From Escherichia coli (GTDB lineage: Bacteria > Pseudomonadota > Gammaproteobacteria > Enterobacterales > Enterobacteriaceae): a DNA stretch of 64,000 nt. This document shows positions 22,599 to 35,904 of this stretch, in pieces. A program made the position numbers and the translations under genes. The notes beneath the pieces were generated by a model. The model searched no databases. It saw only the letters and a list, made by a program, of their open reading frames with translations, and was not told where the DNA came from. The stretch lies in assembly GCF_001677475.2 (NCBI RefSeq), contig NZ_CP015229.1; one strand, written 5' to 3'. The number at the start of each line of letters is the position of its first letter. Position 1 is the first letter of the stretch.

Positions 22599-23072
22599 AT
22601 GGGCAGGATAAGCTCGGGAGGAATGATGTTTAAGGCAATAACGACAGTCGCCGCACTGGTCATCGCCACCAGTGCAATGGCACAGGATGATTTAACCATT
22701 AGCAGCCTTGCAAAGGGCGAAACCACCAAATCTGCATTTAATCAGATGGTGCAAGGGCATAAGCTGCCAGCCTGGGTGATGAAAGGCGGTACTTATACCC
22801 CTGCACAAACCGTGACATTGGGAGATGAGACGTATCAGGTGATGAGCGCGTGCAAACCGCATGACTGTGGCTCGCAACGTATCGCTGTGATGTGGTCCGA
22901 GAAATCTAATCAGATGACGGGGCTGTTCTCGACTATTGATGAGAAAACGTCGCAAGAGAAACTCACCTGGCTGAATGTGAACGATGCGCTTTCGATTGAT
23001 GGTAAAACGGTGCTGTTCGCGGCGTTGACCGGCAGCCTGGAAAACCATCCGGATGGCTTTAATTTTAAATAA
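22599..23072 (+). CDS. ivy: Inhibitor of vertebrate lysozyme Ivy
   Basis: 157 aa, signal peptide, CKPHDC motif; matches E. coli Ivy. Confidence 0.9.
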   Translation: MGRISSGGMMFKAITTVAALVIATSAMAQDDLTISSLAKGETTKSAFNQMVQGHKLPAWVMKGGTYTPAQTVTLGDETYQVMSACKPHDCGSQRIAVMWSEKSNQMTGLFSTIDEKTSQEKLTWLNVNDALSIDGKTVLFAALTGSLENHPDGFNFK

Positions 23073-23086
23073 TTAGCGGATAAAGA

Positions 23087-23108
23087 AACGGAGCCTTTCG
23101 GCTCCGTT
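23087..23108. terminator. Hairpin terminator between convergent ivy and fadE
   Basis: AACGGAGCC-TTTC-GGCTCCGTT. Confidence 0.45.
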
Positions 23109-23114
23109 ATTCAA

Positions 23115-25559
23115 TTACGCGGCTTCAACTTTCCGCACTTTCTCCGGCAACTTTACCGGCTTCGTCGCCAGCTCTTCCGGATCAAAGTCATCAACGTTAA
23201 TACTGCGCAGACGGCTTTCTTCAGCTTTCACCAGCATAGCGGCTTCATCTTTATCAATCAGCCCCTTCGCCAGCGCGTTGTGCGCCAGTTCATCCAGACG
23301 GGTAAACGGCAGGTTTTTACCCAGCTCTTTACAGATCCGCTGATGAATCGGGTCGGCGGCAATCACATCCACTAGCGCCTCTTCCAGTAAACCAACTGGG
23401 TTATGCTCGCTCGGCGTCAGGTACTGACCGCGACCAATGCGGGAACGGGTGGCGTTCGGCACTTGTAAAATCTTCGCCACCTTATGATCCAGCTTGTCAG
23501 ACGGTGCCAGATAATGACGTCCGGTCGGGAAGATCACCACATTCAGCAGCCCGGCAACCACGCGGTTCGGGAAGTTTTGCAGTAAATCGTCCATCGCCTG
23601 TTCTGCCTGATACAGCGCATCCTGTACGCCCCAGTGCACCAGCGGCAGGTCGGCTTCATTACGGCCTTCGTCGTCATAACGCTTCAGAACGGCAGAGGCG
23701 AGGTAAAGCTGGCTTAAAATATCCCCCAGACGTGCCGAGATACGCTCGCGACGTTTCAGGCTGCCGCCCAGCACAGCCATCGAGACATCAGAAAGCAGGG
23801 CGAGGTTGGCGCTCAGGCGGTTCAGGTGTTGATAGTAGCGTTTAGTGGCATCGCCGGTTGGCGTGCTGCTGGTTAAACCGCGCGTCAGGCCCAGCCAGAA
23901 GCTGCGAACTTTGTTGCTACCGACGTGACCGATATGTTTAAACAGGAGTTTATCGAACGCGTTGACGTCATTGTTCTTCGCCGCTTCCATCTCTTCCAGC
24001 ACGTACGGATGGCAACGAATCGCTCCTTGTCCGAAGATCATCATGCTGCGGGTCAGAATGTTAGCCCCTTCAACGGTGATGGCAATCGGTGCGCCCTGGT
24101 AAGCACGCGCCAGGAAGTTGCTCTGCCCGAGCATAATGCCTTTGCCACCAGTGATATCCATCGCATCAATAATCGACTGCTGCCCACGGTGGGTACAGTG
24201 ATACTTAACGATAGCCGACAGCACGGCAGGTTTCTCACCGAGCATAATGCCGTAGGTAATCAGCGACGCCGCAGCATCCATTACGTACGCATTACCGGCA
24301 ATACGCGCGAGCGGCTCTTCAATCCCTTCCATCTTACCAATAGAAATTTTGAACTGACGGCGAATGTGCGCATACGCACCCGTTGCCAGCGCTACCGATT
24401 TCACGCCGCCGGTTGAGTTGGAAGGCAGGGTGATGCCGCGGCCTACCGAGAGGCACTCCACCAGCATCCGCCAGCCTTGCCCGGCCATTTTTGGTCCGCC
24501 GATAATGTAATCGATCGGTACGAAGACATCTTTACCGCGCGTCGGTCCGTTCTGGAACGGTACGTTCAGCGGGAAATGGCGACGACCAATTTCCACGCCC
24601 GGCGTGGTGGTCGGGATCAGCGCACAGGTAATACCTAAATCTTCTGCGCCACCCAGCAGTTTTTCCGGGTCGGAGAGTTTAAACGCCAGCCCAAGCACGG
24701 TCGCAATCGGTGCCAGCGTAATGTAGCGTTTGTTCCAGGTCAGACGCATCCCCAGCACCTGCTGGCCCTGCCATTCCCCCATGCAGACAATTCCGGTATC
24801 CGGGATCGCGCCCGCATCGGAACCCGCTTCCGGGCTGGTCAGTGCAAAGCAAGGGATTTCCTGACCACGCGCCAGACGCGGCAGATAGTGATTTTTCTGC
24901 TCGTCAGTGCCGTAATGTTGCAGCAGCTCGCCCGGACCTAATGAGTTCGGCACGCCGACGGTAATCGCCAGGATCCCGCTCACGCCGGAGAGTTTTTGCA
25001 GCACGCGAGACTGGGCATAAGCCGAGAACTCCAGCCCGCCGTACTCTTTTTTGATGATCATCGCGAAGAAACGATGCTCTTTAAGGTACGCCCACAACTC
25101 CGGCGGCAAATCAGCCAGCTCATGAGTAATCTGGAAATCATTCGCCATCCGGCAGGCTTCTTCTACCGGGCCGTCGAGAAACGCTTGCTCTTCTGCGGTC
25201 AGGCGTGGCTGCGGATAGTTATGCAGCTTTTTCCAGTCCGGCTTGCCCTGGAACAAATCGCCTTCCCACCAGGTGGTGCCTGCGTCGATTGCTTCTTTCT
25301 CAGTGCGCGACATCGGCGGCATTACCTTACGGAAACCGCGAAATACCGGCGCGGAAATCATCGACTTACGCATAGGCGCAAAGTTAAATGGCACGAGGAT
25401 AATGGCCAGAGGCACCAGTACCCACGCCGACCACAGACCAGCAACGCCGAGGGCGGCTGTCCAGGCGAGCAAAATCAGACTGCTGATAAATAAGCTCACG
25501 CGGTGATAGAACAACGCGCCGAGCAGGACAACCGTAGCGAGAATACTCAAAATCATCAT
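23115..25559 (-). CDS. fadE: Acyl-CoA dehydrogenase FadE
   Basis: Matches E. coli FadE from [11 protein letters not shown]...; track ORF carries a 26-codon upstream extension. Confidence 0.92.
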   Translation of the reverse strand: MMILSILATVVLLGALFYHRVSLFISSLILLAWTAALGVAGLWSAWVLVPLAIILVPFNFAPMRKSMISAPVFRGFRKVMPPMSRTEKEAIDAGTTWWEGDLFQGKPDWKKLHNYPQPRLTAEEQAFLDGPVEEACRMANDFQITHELADLPPELWAYLKEHRFFAMIIKKEYGGLEFSAYAQSRVLQKLSGVSGILAITVGVPNSLGPGELLQHYGTDEQKNHYLPRLARGQEIPCFALTSPEAGSDAGAIPDTGIVCMGEWQGQQVLGMRLTWNKRYITLAPIATVLGLAFKLSDPEKLLGGAEDLGITCALIPTTTPGVEIGRRHFPLNVPFQNGPTRGKDVFVPIDYIIGGPKMAGQGWRMLVECLSVGRGITLPSNSTGGVKSVALATGAYAHIRRQFKISIGKMEGIEEPLARIAGNAYVMDAAASLITYGIMLGEKPAVLSAIVKYHCTHRGQQSIIDAMDITGGKGIMLGQSNFLARAYQGAPIAITVEGANILTRSMMIFGQGAIRCHPYVLEEMEAAKNNDVNAFDKLLFKHIGHVGSNKVRSFWLGLTRGLTSSTPTGDATKRYYQHLNRLSANLALLSDVSMAVLGGSLKRRERISARLGDILSQLYLASAVLKRYDDEGRNEADLPLVHWGVQDALYQAEQAMDDLLQNFPNRVVAGLLNVVIFPTGRHYLAPSDKLDHKVAKILQVPNATRSRIGRGQYLTPSEHNPVGLLEEALVDVIAADPIHQRICKELGKNLPFTRLDELAHNALAKGLIDKDEAAMLVKAEESRLRSINVDDFDPEELATKPVKLPEKVRKVEAA

Positions 25560-25798
25560 AACGAAAAGCCCCTTACTTGTAGGAGGTCTGACCACTTGTG
25601 ATGATATGGTTGTAGTGGATGTAAAAACATTTAGCAATGTGTTTACAATATAATTACAACAAAGCTCACATTGTTGCTGTTTTTATCCGCACTTCAGGTC
25701 AAAAAGTCCTGGTCATAGCACCTGCCCGTACTTCTCGCTTTTGGCGGTATCCGGTACACTGCATTTTGTCTATTACATTTATGCTGAAGGATATCCTC

Positions 25799-26377
25799 AT
25801 GTACCAGGATCTTATTCGTAACGAACTGAACGAAGCGGCGGAAACGCTGGCTAACTTTTTAAAAGATGACGCCAATATTCACGCCATTCAGCGCGCGGCG
25901 GTCCTGTTAGCAGACAGCTTTAAAGCTGGTGGCAAAGTGCTTTCCTGCGGCAACGGCGGCTCCCATTGCGACGCTATGCACTTTGCCGAAGAGTTGACCG
26001 GTCGCTACCGTGAAAACCGTCCGGGCTACCCGGCGATTGCCATTTCTGACGTTAGTCATATTTCCTGCGTCGGTAACGATTTTGGTTTCAATGATATTTT
26101 CTCCCGTTACGTTGAAGCGGTAGGTCGCGAAGGCGATGTACTGCTGGGGATCTCCACCTCCGGTAACTCTGCAAACGTGATCAAAGCGATCGCGGCGGCG
26201 CGTGAGAAGGGGATGAAAGTGATCACCCTGACAGGTAAAGACGGCGGCAAAATGGCTGGCACGGCGGATATTGAAATTCGCGTTCCGCACTTTGGTTATG
26301 CCGACCGCATTCAGGAGATCCACATTAAAGTGATCCATATCCTGATCCAGTTAATTGAAAAAGAGATGGTTAAGTAA
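25799..26377 (+). CDS. gmhA: Phosphoheptose isomerase GmhA
   Basis: Matches E. coli GmhA from [15 protein letters not shown]... Confidence 0.92.
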
Positions 26378-26382
26378 GGGCT

Positions 26383-26440
26383 TTTCTCCCTCTCCCTTTC
26401 AGGGAGAGGGCCGGGGTGAGGGTAACAGCCTGCACCTTTT
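26383..26440. repeat. Half copy (inverse orientation) of GC-rich palindromic intergenic repeat; likely gmhA terminator hairpin
   Basis: CCCTCTCCC-TTTCA-GGGAGAGGG next to GGGGTGAGGG; same motifs as the copies at 46.6, 54.0 and 56.3 kb. Confidence 0.4.
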
Positions 26441-26498
26441 TACTTTTTAATCAATCTTCGCCGGGGGCCATGCGCTCCCGCTGTTGTGGAGGTTACCC

Positions 26499-27266
26499 AT
26501 GTGCGAATTGCTCGGGATGAGCGCCAACGTCCCTACCGATATCTGCTTTAGTTTCACCGGGCTTGTACAGCGTGGTGGTGGAACCGGGCCACATAAAGAT
26601 GGCTGGGGCATCACCTTTTACGAAGGTAAAGGCTGTCGCACATTTAAAGATCCACAACCCAGCTTTAATTCCCCCATCGCCAAACTTGTCCAGGACTACC
26701 CGATAAAATCCTGTTCGGTGGTGGCTCATATTCGCCAGGCGAATCGGGGCGAGGTGGCGCTGGAAAATACTCACCCATTTACCCGCGAGTTATGGGGGCG
26801 TAACTGGACTTATGCCCATAACGGACAACTGACGGGCTACAAATCACTGGAAACCGGCAACTTCCGCCCGGTCGGTGAAACCGACAGCGAAAAAGCCTTC
26901 TGCTGGCTCCTGCATAAATTAACGCAGCGTTACCCGCGTACGCCGGGCAATATGGCGGCAGTGTTTAAATATATCGCCTCACTGGCGGATGAACTGCGGC
27001 AGAAGGGCGTTTTCAACATGCTGCTTTCTGACGGGCGCTATGTAATGGCGTATTGCTCGACTAATTTACACTGGATCACCCGCCGCGCGCCGTTTGGCGT
27101 GGCAACGTTGCTGGATCAGGATGTGGAAATCGACTTCAGCTCGCAGACCACACCGAATGATGTGGTCACGGTGATTGCGACACAGCCGCTGACGGGCAAT
27201 GAAACCTGGCAAAAGATTATGCCAGGCGAATGGCGCTTATTTTGCCTCGGGGAGCGTGTAGTTTGA
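26499..27266 (+). CDS. yafJ: Class II glutamine amidotransferase YafJ
   Basis: N-terminal MCELLGMSA (Cys2 nucleophile); matches E. coli YafJ. Confidence 0.85.
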   Translation: MCELLGMSANVPTDICFSFTGLVQRGGGTGPHKDGWGITFYEGKGCRTFKDPQPSFNSPIAKLVQDYPIKSCSVVAHIRQANRGEVALENTHPFTRELWGRNWTYAHNGQLTGYKSLETGNFRPVGETDSEKAFCWLLHKLTQRYPRTPGNMAAVFKYIASLADELRQKGVFNMLLSDGRYVMAYCSTNLHWITRRAPFGVATLLDQDVEIDFSSQTTPNDVVTVIATQPLTGNETWQKIMPGEWRLFCLGERVV

Positions 27267-27977
27267 TGCCAGCTGTGGCTGCACAACTTCGTGGCTTAAC
27301 GGCTTGCTGACCACGTAACGACCATTGACCACAGAAACGGTCGGTGGCTTACGGGTTTGCTCAAAGTAGTCGTAACCTGGCTTCAGCTGCTCCCAGAAGT
27401 CCTTAAAGTTGGAATATTTATGGCGCTTCATATTGGCGTCGGTCATGCGGAACGGGTAAATACTCACTTGCACGCTCGGCTGACCAAACACCAGCGCACC
27501 AGTAACGAACTGGAAGATCTCATCAATACCCTGATTGGTCATCGCGTAGCAGCCGATGGAAACACAATCGCCGTGGATCATCAGATATTTCCCTTCATAA
27601 CCATGCGCACGGTCATAAGCATTGGGGAATCCAATATTAATCGCTTTGTAGTAACGGCTGTCTGGTTTTAACTGATTACGCTGGACGCTATAAAACCCTT
27701 CCGGGCTTTTGAAATCGCCCTGACGCTGTTTTGGCCCTAAGCCGCCGGAATATTTACAGATTTTATAGCTGTCGAGCAGTTGATATTGCTCGCCCATTTT
27801 GACGTAGAGATCGAGCGTACGTTCTTCCTTGAAGATCTGGATGTAGACAGGGGATCCCATCAACTGCTGCTTATACTCTTTGCTCACTGGCGTGGTCGAG
27901 CTACTGCTGCCCAGCAAACCGGCAAACGAAACGCACGGGATCAACAACATCGCAAGAATTAATGCGATTTTACGCAT
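27237..27977 (-). CDS. yafK: YkuD-family L,D-transpeptidase-like protein YafK
   Basis: Signal peptide plus conserved YafK sequence. Confidence 0.85.
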   Translation of the reverse strand: MRKIALILAMLLIPCVSFAGLLGSSSSTTPVSKEYKQQLMGSPVYIQIFKEERTLDLYVKMGEQYQLLDSYKICKYSGGLGPKQRQGDFKSPEGFYSVQRNQLKPDSRYYKAINIGFPNAYDRAHGYEGKYLMIHGDCVSIGCYAMTNQGIDEIFQFVTGALVFGQPSVQVSIYPFRMTDANMKRHKYSNFKDFWEQLKPGYDYFEQTRKPPTVSVVNGRYVVSKPLSHEVVQPQLASNYTLPEAK

Positions 27978-28132
27978 ACTGCTTATTCCTTGATAAAACG
28001 GTTACACACGCCAGGACGGCAAAATGGATCCCAAATCGGAATAGTCTGGATTTGGAAGGCTCACATTATCACCAAAAGAGTTTTACGCAAGCCTGTCGGC
28101 GCAGGGTTTACAAATTTCATCGGAAGCGGGCT

Positions 28133-28411
28133 TTACCCAAATAGCGCCGCGTGAGTTCCAGTTCTCTCAAATCGTAAAAGTTTATCGGTAAGTTTGTAAA
28201 TCAGGATCCAGTCCGGCTCGACATGAGCATCGCGATAACCTTTCCATGAACCTTGCAGCGGGTGGTCTTTATAAACAGCTGGAAGCGGTAAAGTATTATT
28301 GATAAGAAGCGTCATAAGATATTTCAATTTATTCATATCCTTATGACGCTTTTGTGCAAGTTTTACATCCTTTGAAAATTGTCCCGAGTATTCAATATCC
28401 CTTTGAATCAT
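28133..28411 (-). CDS. yafQ: Toxin YafQ (RelE-family mRNA interferase)
   Basis: 92 aa matching YafQ; downstream of dinJ in operon. Confidence 0.88.
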   Translation of the reverse strand: MIQRDIEYSGQFSKDVKLAQKRHKDMNKLKYLMTLLINNTLPLPAVYKDHPLQGSWKGYRDAHVEPDWILIYKLTDKLLRFERTGTHAALFG

Positions 28412-28413
28412 AT

Positions 28414-28674
28414 TTAAATTCCTAATTTATCAAATAAATCATCGGCGTCTTTGGCCTTATGAACATCAACGCCAGCTTCGCTGTTTTTAATTGATTGAAT
28501 GGTTAATTGATTAGGCTCGCGTAAATCAAACGGCAATGCCTTTTCACGCGCGACTTTTGTGAGGGTTATGCGAACCAGGTCAGAGATGGTCAGCCCCATC
28601 CCGGCCAGTACGTCCGCCGCCTGATTCTTCAGATCTTCATCGATTCGGGCGCGAACAAACGCGTTAGCAGCCAT
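28414..28674 (-). CDS. dinJ: Antitoxin DinJ
   Basis: 86 aa matching DinJ. Confidence 0.88.
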   Translation of the reverse strand: MAANAFVRARIDEDLKNQAADVLAGMGLTISDLVRITLTKVAREKALPFDLREPNQLTIQSIKNSEAGVDVHKAKDADDLFDKLGI

Positions 28675-28689
28675 TGGGGTATCTCCTGT

Positions 28690-28705
28690 GCTGTATATTT
28701 ATTCA
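28690..28705 (-). promoter_or_regulatory. LexA (SOS) box upstream of dinJ
   Basis: CTGAATAAATATACAG on the dinJ strand, close to CTGT-N8-ACAG, about 16 bp upstream of the start codon. Confidence 0.55.
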
Positions 28706-28883
28706 GCTTGAATTGTAGCTCAAATGAGCAACAGCGACAATCCATGAGTAATTTAATAAACGGATGTTTTTACATAATTAACTGAAATATATTTATTAAT
28801 TTTATAATAATGGTTTATTAAGTTTGTTCAGGTACGGGCCGGGATACACTGCAACATCAATGCATGACCAGCCATTATTGAGA

Positions 28884-29633
28884 ATGTCTTTGCCGTCGAT
28901 TCCCTCTTTTGTGTTGTCGGGATTATTGTTGCTTTGCTTGCCGTTTTCTTCATTTGCCAGCGCCACCACATCACATATCTCTTTCAGCTACGCCGCCCGC
29001 CAGCGGATGCAAAACCGTGCGCGTTTATTAAAACAGTACCAAACCCATCTGAAAAAACAGGCCAGCTATATTGTGGAAGGCAATGCCGAAAGCAGAAAGG
29101 CGCTGCGCCAGCACAACCGCGAACAGATAAAACAGCATCCAGAATGGTTTCCTGCGCCGCTCAAGGCGAGTGACAGACGCTGGCAGGCGCTGGCGGAGAA
29201 CAACCATTTCTTAAGCAGCGACCATCTACACAACATCACCGAAGTGGCGATTCACCGCCTGGAGCAGCAGCTTGGTAAGCCTTACGTCTGGGGCGGTACG
29301 CGGCCCGATCAAGGCTTCGACTGTAGCGGGTTGGTTTTTTATGCCTACAACAAGATCCTCGAGGCGAAGCTCCCGCGTACGGCCAATGAGATGTATCACT
29401 ACCATCGGGCAACGATTGTGGCGAATAACGACCTGCGCCGGGGAGATTTGCTGTTTTTCCATATTCACAGCCGTGAGATTGCCGATCATATGGGCGTGTA
29501 TCTGGGAGACGGGCAATTTATCGAATCGCCACGCACCGGGGAAACCATACGGGTAAGCCGGTTAGCCGAACCTTTCTGGCAGGATCATTTTTTGGGCGCG
29601 CGACGGATTTTGACGGAAGAGACGATTTTGTAG
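28884..29633 (+). CDS. yafL: NlpC/P60-family lipoprotein YafL
   Basis: Signal peptide; NlpC/P60 core ...GFDCSGLVFYAY...; matches YafL. Confidence 0.8.
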   Translation: MSLPSIPSFVLSGLLLLCLPFSSFASATTSHISFSYAARQRMQNRARLLKQYQTHLKKQASYIVEGNAESRKALRQHNREQIKQHPEWFPAPLKASDRRWQALAENNHFLSSDHLHNITEVAIHRLEQQLGKPYVWGGTRPDQGFDCSGLVFYAYNKILEAKLPRTANEMYHYHRATIVANNDLRRGDLLFFHIHSREIADHMGVYLGDGQFIESPRTGETIRVSRLAEPFWQDHFLGARRILTEETIL

Positions 29634-29635
29634 AA

Positions 29636-29725
29636 CGGATAAGGCGTTCACGCCGCATCCGGCGGTTATGCGCTGGTGCCTGATGCGACGCTGGCGCGTC
29701 TTATCAGGCCTACGAGTCTGAGAAT
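29636..29725. repeat. REP element(s)
   Basis: GCCGGATGCGGCGTGAACGCCTTATCC-type palindromic units. Confidence 0.55.
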
Positions 29726-29809
29726 TTTTTGCGAGCAGCTTTCCCGATGTAACACAACCTAATTGTCGACTTTTCCTTTTTCTCTTACCGTTGAGAAATA
29801 GGAGTCGCT

Positions 29810-30304
29810 ATGTCTGAATATCGTCGTTATTACATCAAGGGGGGAACATGGTTTTTCACGGTAAATTTACTGAATCGTCGAAGCCAGCTTTTGACCACCC
29901 AGTACCAGACGCTCCGTAACGCCATTGTTAAAGTTAAGCGAGCCAGACCTTTTGAAATTAACGCCTGGGTAGTTTTGCCGGAGCATATGCACTGTATCTG
30001 GACATTACCCGAAAGCGATGATGATTTTTCCTCTCGCTGGCGGGAGATTAAAAAGCAATTTACCCATGCTTGTGGATTGAAAAATATCTGGCAACCGCGT
30101 TTTTGGGAGCACGCCATCCGCAATACGAAAGATTATCGCCATCATATTGATTATATTTATATAAATCCAGTAAAGCATGGTTGGGTAAAGCAGGTGAGTG
30201 ATTGGCCATTCTCAACGTTCCATCGCGATGTCGCGCAAGGGTTATATCCCATCGATTGGGCGGGAGACGTAACGGATTTTAGTGCCGGGGAGCGTATCAT
30301 TTTA

Positions 30305-30307
<3 letters not shown>
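29810..30307 (+). CDS. rayT: REP-associated tyrosine transposase RayT
   Basis: 165 aa matching RayT/YafM; flanked by REP elements. Confidence 0.88.
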
Positions 30308-30510
<203 letters not shown>

Positions 30511-30518
30511 CCTGATGC

Positions 30519-32595
<2,077 letters not shown>

Positions 32596-32612
<17 letters not shown>

Positions 32613-33735
32613 CCAGTTTAAGCACCTCTTTGGGAATGGAAATATGTCTGTTCAGGGCCGGGCGCGGCTGTGCGCCCTCGCGCCAGTGTTTCATTTGCAG
32701 GACGTAGGTCAGAACGTGGGCGATAGCCCGGTAAAGCTGAAACGGAATTTGCTGGTTCACCTGGGTGGTGTAGTAAACCGAGCGCGCCAGTCGCGGGAAC
32801 TCGACCACTTCCACCTGATTCTCAGTGGCGACCTGGCGAATATAGAGGGCGATTTCATCGGTGCCTTTCGCCACCACAAACGGCGCGGCGGCGCGCGACT
32901 GGTCATACTGCAACGCCACGGCGTAGTGGGTCGGGTTGGTGATCACCACGTTGGCTTTCGGCACCACTTTGCGAATCTGCCCCATCGCCAGTTGCCGTTG
33001 CAGCCGCCGCACGCGTGCCTTCACTTCCGGCTTGCCTTCCTGATTTTTGTACTCTTCTTTCAGCTCTTGTTTGGTCATTTTTAGCCCTTTGGTGAACAGG
33101 GCTTTCGCCAGCGGCACGTCGATAAGTGCAAAGAAAATAAACAGGATTACAAAGTTGCGCATCACGCTGGCGTAGAGCGATAAACCATCGTTAATTGCCA
33201 GTTTGAACGGCAGCGCCTGCAGGCCGAGAAAGGCGGTAAAGTTATTGCGTAGGCTAATCCACAACATCACCAGCACCACCACCGACTTCACCGTCATCTT
33301 CCCCGTTTCCGCCAGATGTTCACTGGAGAACAGCCGCCCAATGCCTTTTAACGGGCTGATTTTGCTGAAATCCGGGAGGATTTTTTTCGGCAGAAACAGC
33401 CAGCCACCAGGCACCAGCGAAGAGAGCAGCGCGGCGGCGGGCATCGGCAGCAACGTAAGAATAAACTTGCCGAGAATTAACAGGTGATGGCGCAGAAACT
33501 GGCCGATAACGTCCGGGTTATTAATCTCCTGCGCGTACTGATGCACGCTGATAAAACTCTCGCGCACAAAATCGGCATACCATGGGAAGCTGCTGGAGAT
33601 CACCACAAACGCCGCAAACAGGCTCGCCGCCAGCCCCATATCCTTCGAGCGCGGCAGTTGCCCCTCTTCACGCGCTTTACGCAGCTTTTGCGCCGAGGGT
33701 TTCTCTGTTTTTTCTTCGCTGCTGCTATCCGCCAT
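32596..33735 (-). CDS. lfhB: Flag-2 export apparatus protein LfhB (FlhB homologue)
   Basis: 379 aa, N-terminal ...EKTEKPSAQKLRKAREEG... typical of FlhB. Confidence 0.9.
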
Positions 33736-34507
33736 AGTGACCTTTCAGCGCGTCGAGCTGTTGCAGGACAAAATTCGCCAGATGCAGATAGTGATCCGGC
33801 AGGTTGTAGAGCAGGGTGGCAAAGCAGACCAGCCCCGCCAGCATGTTGATGGGAAAGCCGAGCGAAAAGAGGTTCAGCGGCGGTGCAATACGGTTAAGCA
33901 GGCCAAAGCAGCCCTGCACAATCAGCATGATAAAAGTGGTCGGCAGCGCCAGTAGCGATGCGGATGCCAGCACCCAGCTAAAGGCCAGCGCGATGGTGCG
34001 CAGGGTTTGCGGATGCAGCGCGTTGCCGATCGGCCAGTAGGTGAAACCCTTATACAGCACGCTCACCAGCAGCAGATGCCCGTCCATGGCAAAAAACAGC
34101 AGGATCGTGTAGACGTTGATTAACTCCGCCAGCACGGTGGTCGATGCGCCGCTGCTCGGGTCGTTCATCACCGCCATGCTCATCCCCATATTGAACGAGA
34201 GAATTTGCCCGGCCAGTTGCAGCGCCAGAAACAGAAACTGAAACATCAGCCCGAATAACATGCCCCATAAAATTTGCTCCACCGTCAGGATCAGGCTGTT
34301 GAGCGATAACAGGTCGTGGGGAATGGGATGGGGGATCAACGGCGTGATGATAATTGCCAGCGCCAGCGACAAAATAATCCGCACGCGCACGGTCAGGGCG
34401 CTGTTATCCAGCACTGGCACATAGCGCAGAAACGCCATAATGCGCACGAAGGGAAACCACAGCCCCAGCGCCAGATCCATCAGTTGCGTAACGTCGCTTG
34501 TGCGCAT
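33725..34507 (-). CDS. lfiR: Flag-2 export apparatus protein LfiR (FliR homologue)
   Basis: Polytopic membrane protein; start chosen at internal Met by alignment logic with FliR. Confidence 0.8.
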   Translation of the reverse strand: MRTSDVTQLMDLALGLWFPFVRIMAFLRYVPVLDNSALTVRVRIILSLALAIIITPLIPHPIPHDLLSLNSLILTVEQILWGMLFGLMFQFLFLALQLAGQILSFNMGMSMAVMNDPSSGASTTVLAELINVYTILLFFAMDGHLLLVSVLYKGFTYWPIGNALHPQTLRTIALAFSWVLASASLLALPTTFIMLIVQGCFGLLNRIAPPLNLFSLGFPINMLAGLVCFATLLYNLPDHYLHLANFVLQQLDALKGHYGG

Positions 34508-34508
34508 C

Positions 34509-34781
34509 TTAATGAACCAGCAGGGCGGCCTGGGTAAACAGGTGAATGCACAGGTCATGCAACTGGATAATCATCCATTTGCCGCACACGCCCAGCACCA
34601 CCAGCGTGACAATCAGCCTCGGTAAAAAGCTCAGAGTCTGTTCGTTAATCTGCGTCACCGCCTGGAACACGCTCACCAGCAGGCCGACCAGTAAACTCGG
34701 TACCACCAGCACAGAAACCAGTAAAATCACCACTTTTATGCCGCTGGCGACAATGTCGGCGGCTACGTCTACGGTCAACAT
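34509..34781 (-). CDS. lfiQ: Flag-2 export apparatus protein LfiQ (FliQ homologue)
   Basis: 90 aa, two TM helices, ...QINEQTLSF... FliQ signature. Confidence 0.88.
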   Translation of the reverse strand: MLTVDVAADIVASGIKVVILLVSVLVVPSLLVGLLVSVFQAVTQINEQTLSFLPRLIVTLVVLGVCGKWMIIQLHDLCIHLFTQAALLVH

Positions 34782-34783
34782 AA

Positions 34784-35536
34784 TCAGCCCAGCCCCAGCC
34801 CGCGAATGCTGGTGGTGAGCGTACCGATGGTCAGCGACCAGCCGTCGATCAGCACAAACAGCATCAACTTAAAGGGCAGCGAAACAATCAGCGGCGACAG
34901 CATCATCATCCCCATCGCCATCAGTACGCTGGCGACAATCAGGTCGATAACCAGAAACGGGATGTAAATCATAAAGCCAATCTGGAAAGCGGTTTTCAGC
35001 TCGCTCAACACATAGGCGGGCACCACGATCGAGAGATCCTGATCGGCAGCATTGCCCTTCGCGCCGCCGATGGTCATGATTTGCGCCATCGCTTTTTTGT
35101 CAGTCTGCGCCAGCATAAAGCGTTTCAGCGGCGTAGCGGCGGTGCTCAACGCATCGGTCAGGGTAATCCGATCGTTTTCGAACGGCACCACAGCGTGGTC
35201 GTAAATATTGAGCCAGATGGGGCGCATCACCAGCATGGTGAGGGAGAGCGCAATGCCAATCAGAATGCGGTTCGGCGGCGTTTGTTGCAGCCCCAGCGCC
35301 TGGCGCAGCAGCGACAGCACGATAATAAAGCGCGTAAAGCAGGTCATCATCAGCACCATCGTCGGCAACAAACCGACGAGAGTCATCAGAATCAACACCT
35401 GAATTTTGACGCTGTATTCCTGAGTGTTGCCGTGGGTCACCACGTTAAGCAGCGCAATATCTCCGCCCTGGGCGAATGCCAGCGGGGCGAGCGCCAGCAG
35501 CCCAAGGCCCAGCGTCAGTTGAGTGCGGCGTTTCAT
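34784..35536 (-). CDS. lfiP: Flag-2 export apparatus protein LfiP (FliP homologue)
   Basis: 250 aa with signal peptide and FliP core. Confidence 0.9.
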   Translation of the reverse strand: MKRRTQLTLGLGLLALAPLAFAQGGDIALLNVVTHGNTQEYSVKIQVLILMTLVGLLPTMVLMMTCFTRFIIVLSLLRQALGLQQTPPNRILIGIALSLTMLVMRPIWLNIYDHAVVPFENDRITLTDALSTAATPLKRFMLAQTDKKAMAQIMTIGGAKGNAADQDLSIVVPAYVLSELKTAFQIGFMIYIPFLVIDLIVASVLMAMGMMMLSPLIVSLPFKLMLFVLIDGWSLTIGTLTTSIRGLGLG

Positions 35537-35904
35537 GGTGCCAGGTCGTTGATATCGCGGGTGTTAAATTCCAGCACGCGCAGGCCGTACTTCTCGTTGA
35601 CCACCACCACTTCCGCTTTGCCCAGCAGGATATTGTTCACTTTAATATCCAGCGGCTCTCCGGCAAGTTTATCCAGCTCAATCACCGTGTCGTCGTCGAT
35701 GTTAAGCAGGTCGGCTAACATGATTTCCACCGACGACACTTCCAGCGTTAAGGTCACCGGAATGCGTTTCAGCAGCGTCATCGAGTCGGAAAAGCGGTCT
35801 TCCAGGCGGGTGACCAGCGTTTCGGCGTCGGCGGATTTCGTGACAGGCGCAACTTCATCGGCGAGGCCAAAATCCCCGGCTAAAATATCGTCTTGTTTAC
35901 TCAT
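35533..35904 (-). CDS. lfiN: Flag-2 C-ring protein LfiN (FliN homologue)
   Basis: C-terminal SpoA/FliN domain; start at internal ATG (MSKQDD...). Confidence 0.8.
   Translation of the reverse strand: MSKQDDILAGDFGLADEVAPVTKSADAETLVTRLEDRFSDSMTLLKRIPVTLTLEVSSVEIMLADLLNIDDDTVIELDKLAGEPLDIKVNNILLGKAEVVVVNEKYGLRVLEFNTRDINDLAP

Noticed and set aside
25560-25637. 26-codon N-terminal extension of fadE in the ORF track
   Set aside because: Known FadE begins at [11 protein letters not shown]; the extension runs into the divergent gmhA promoter region.
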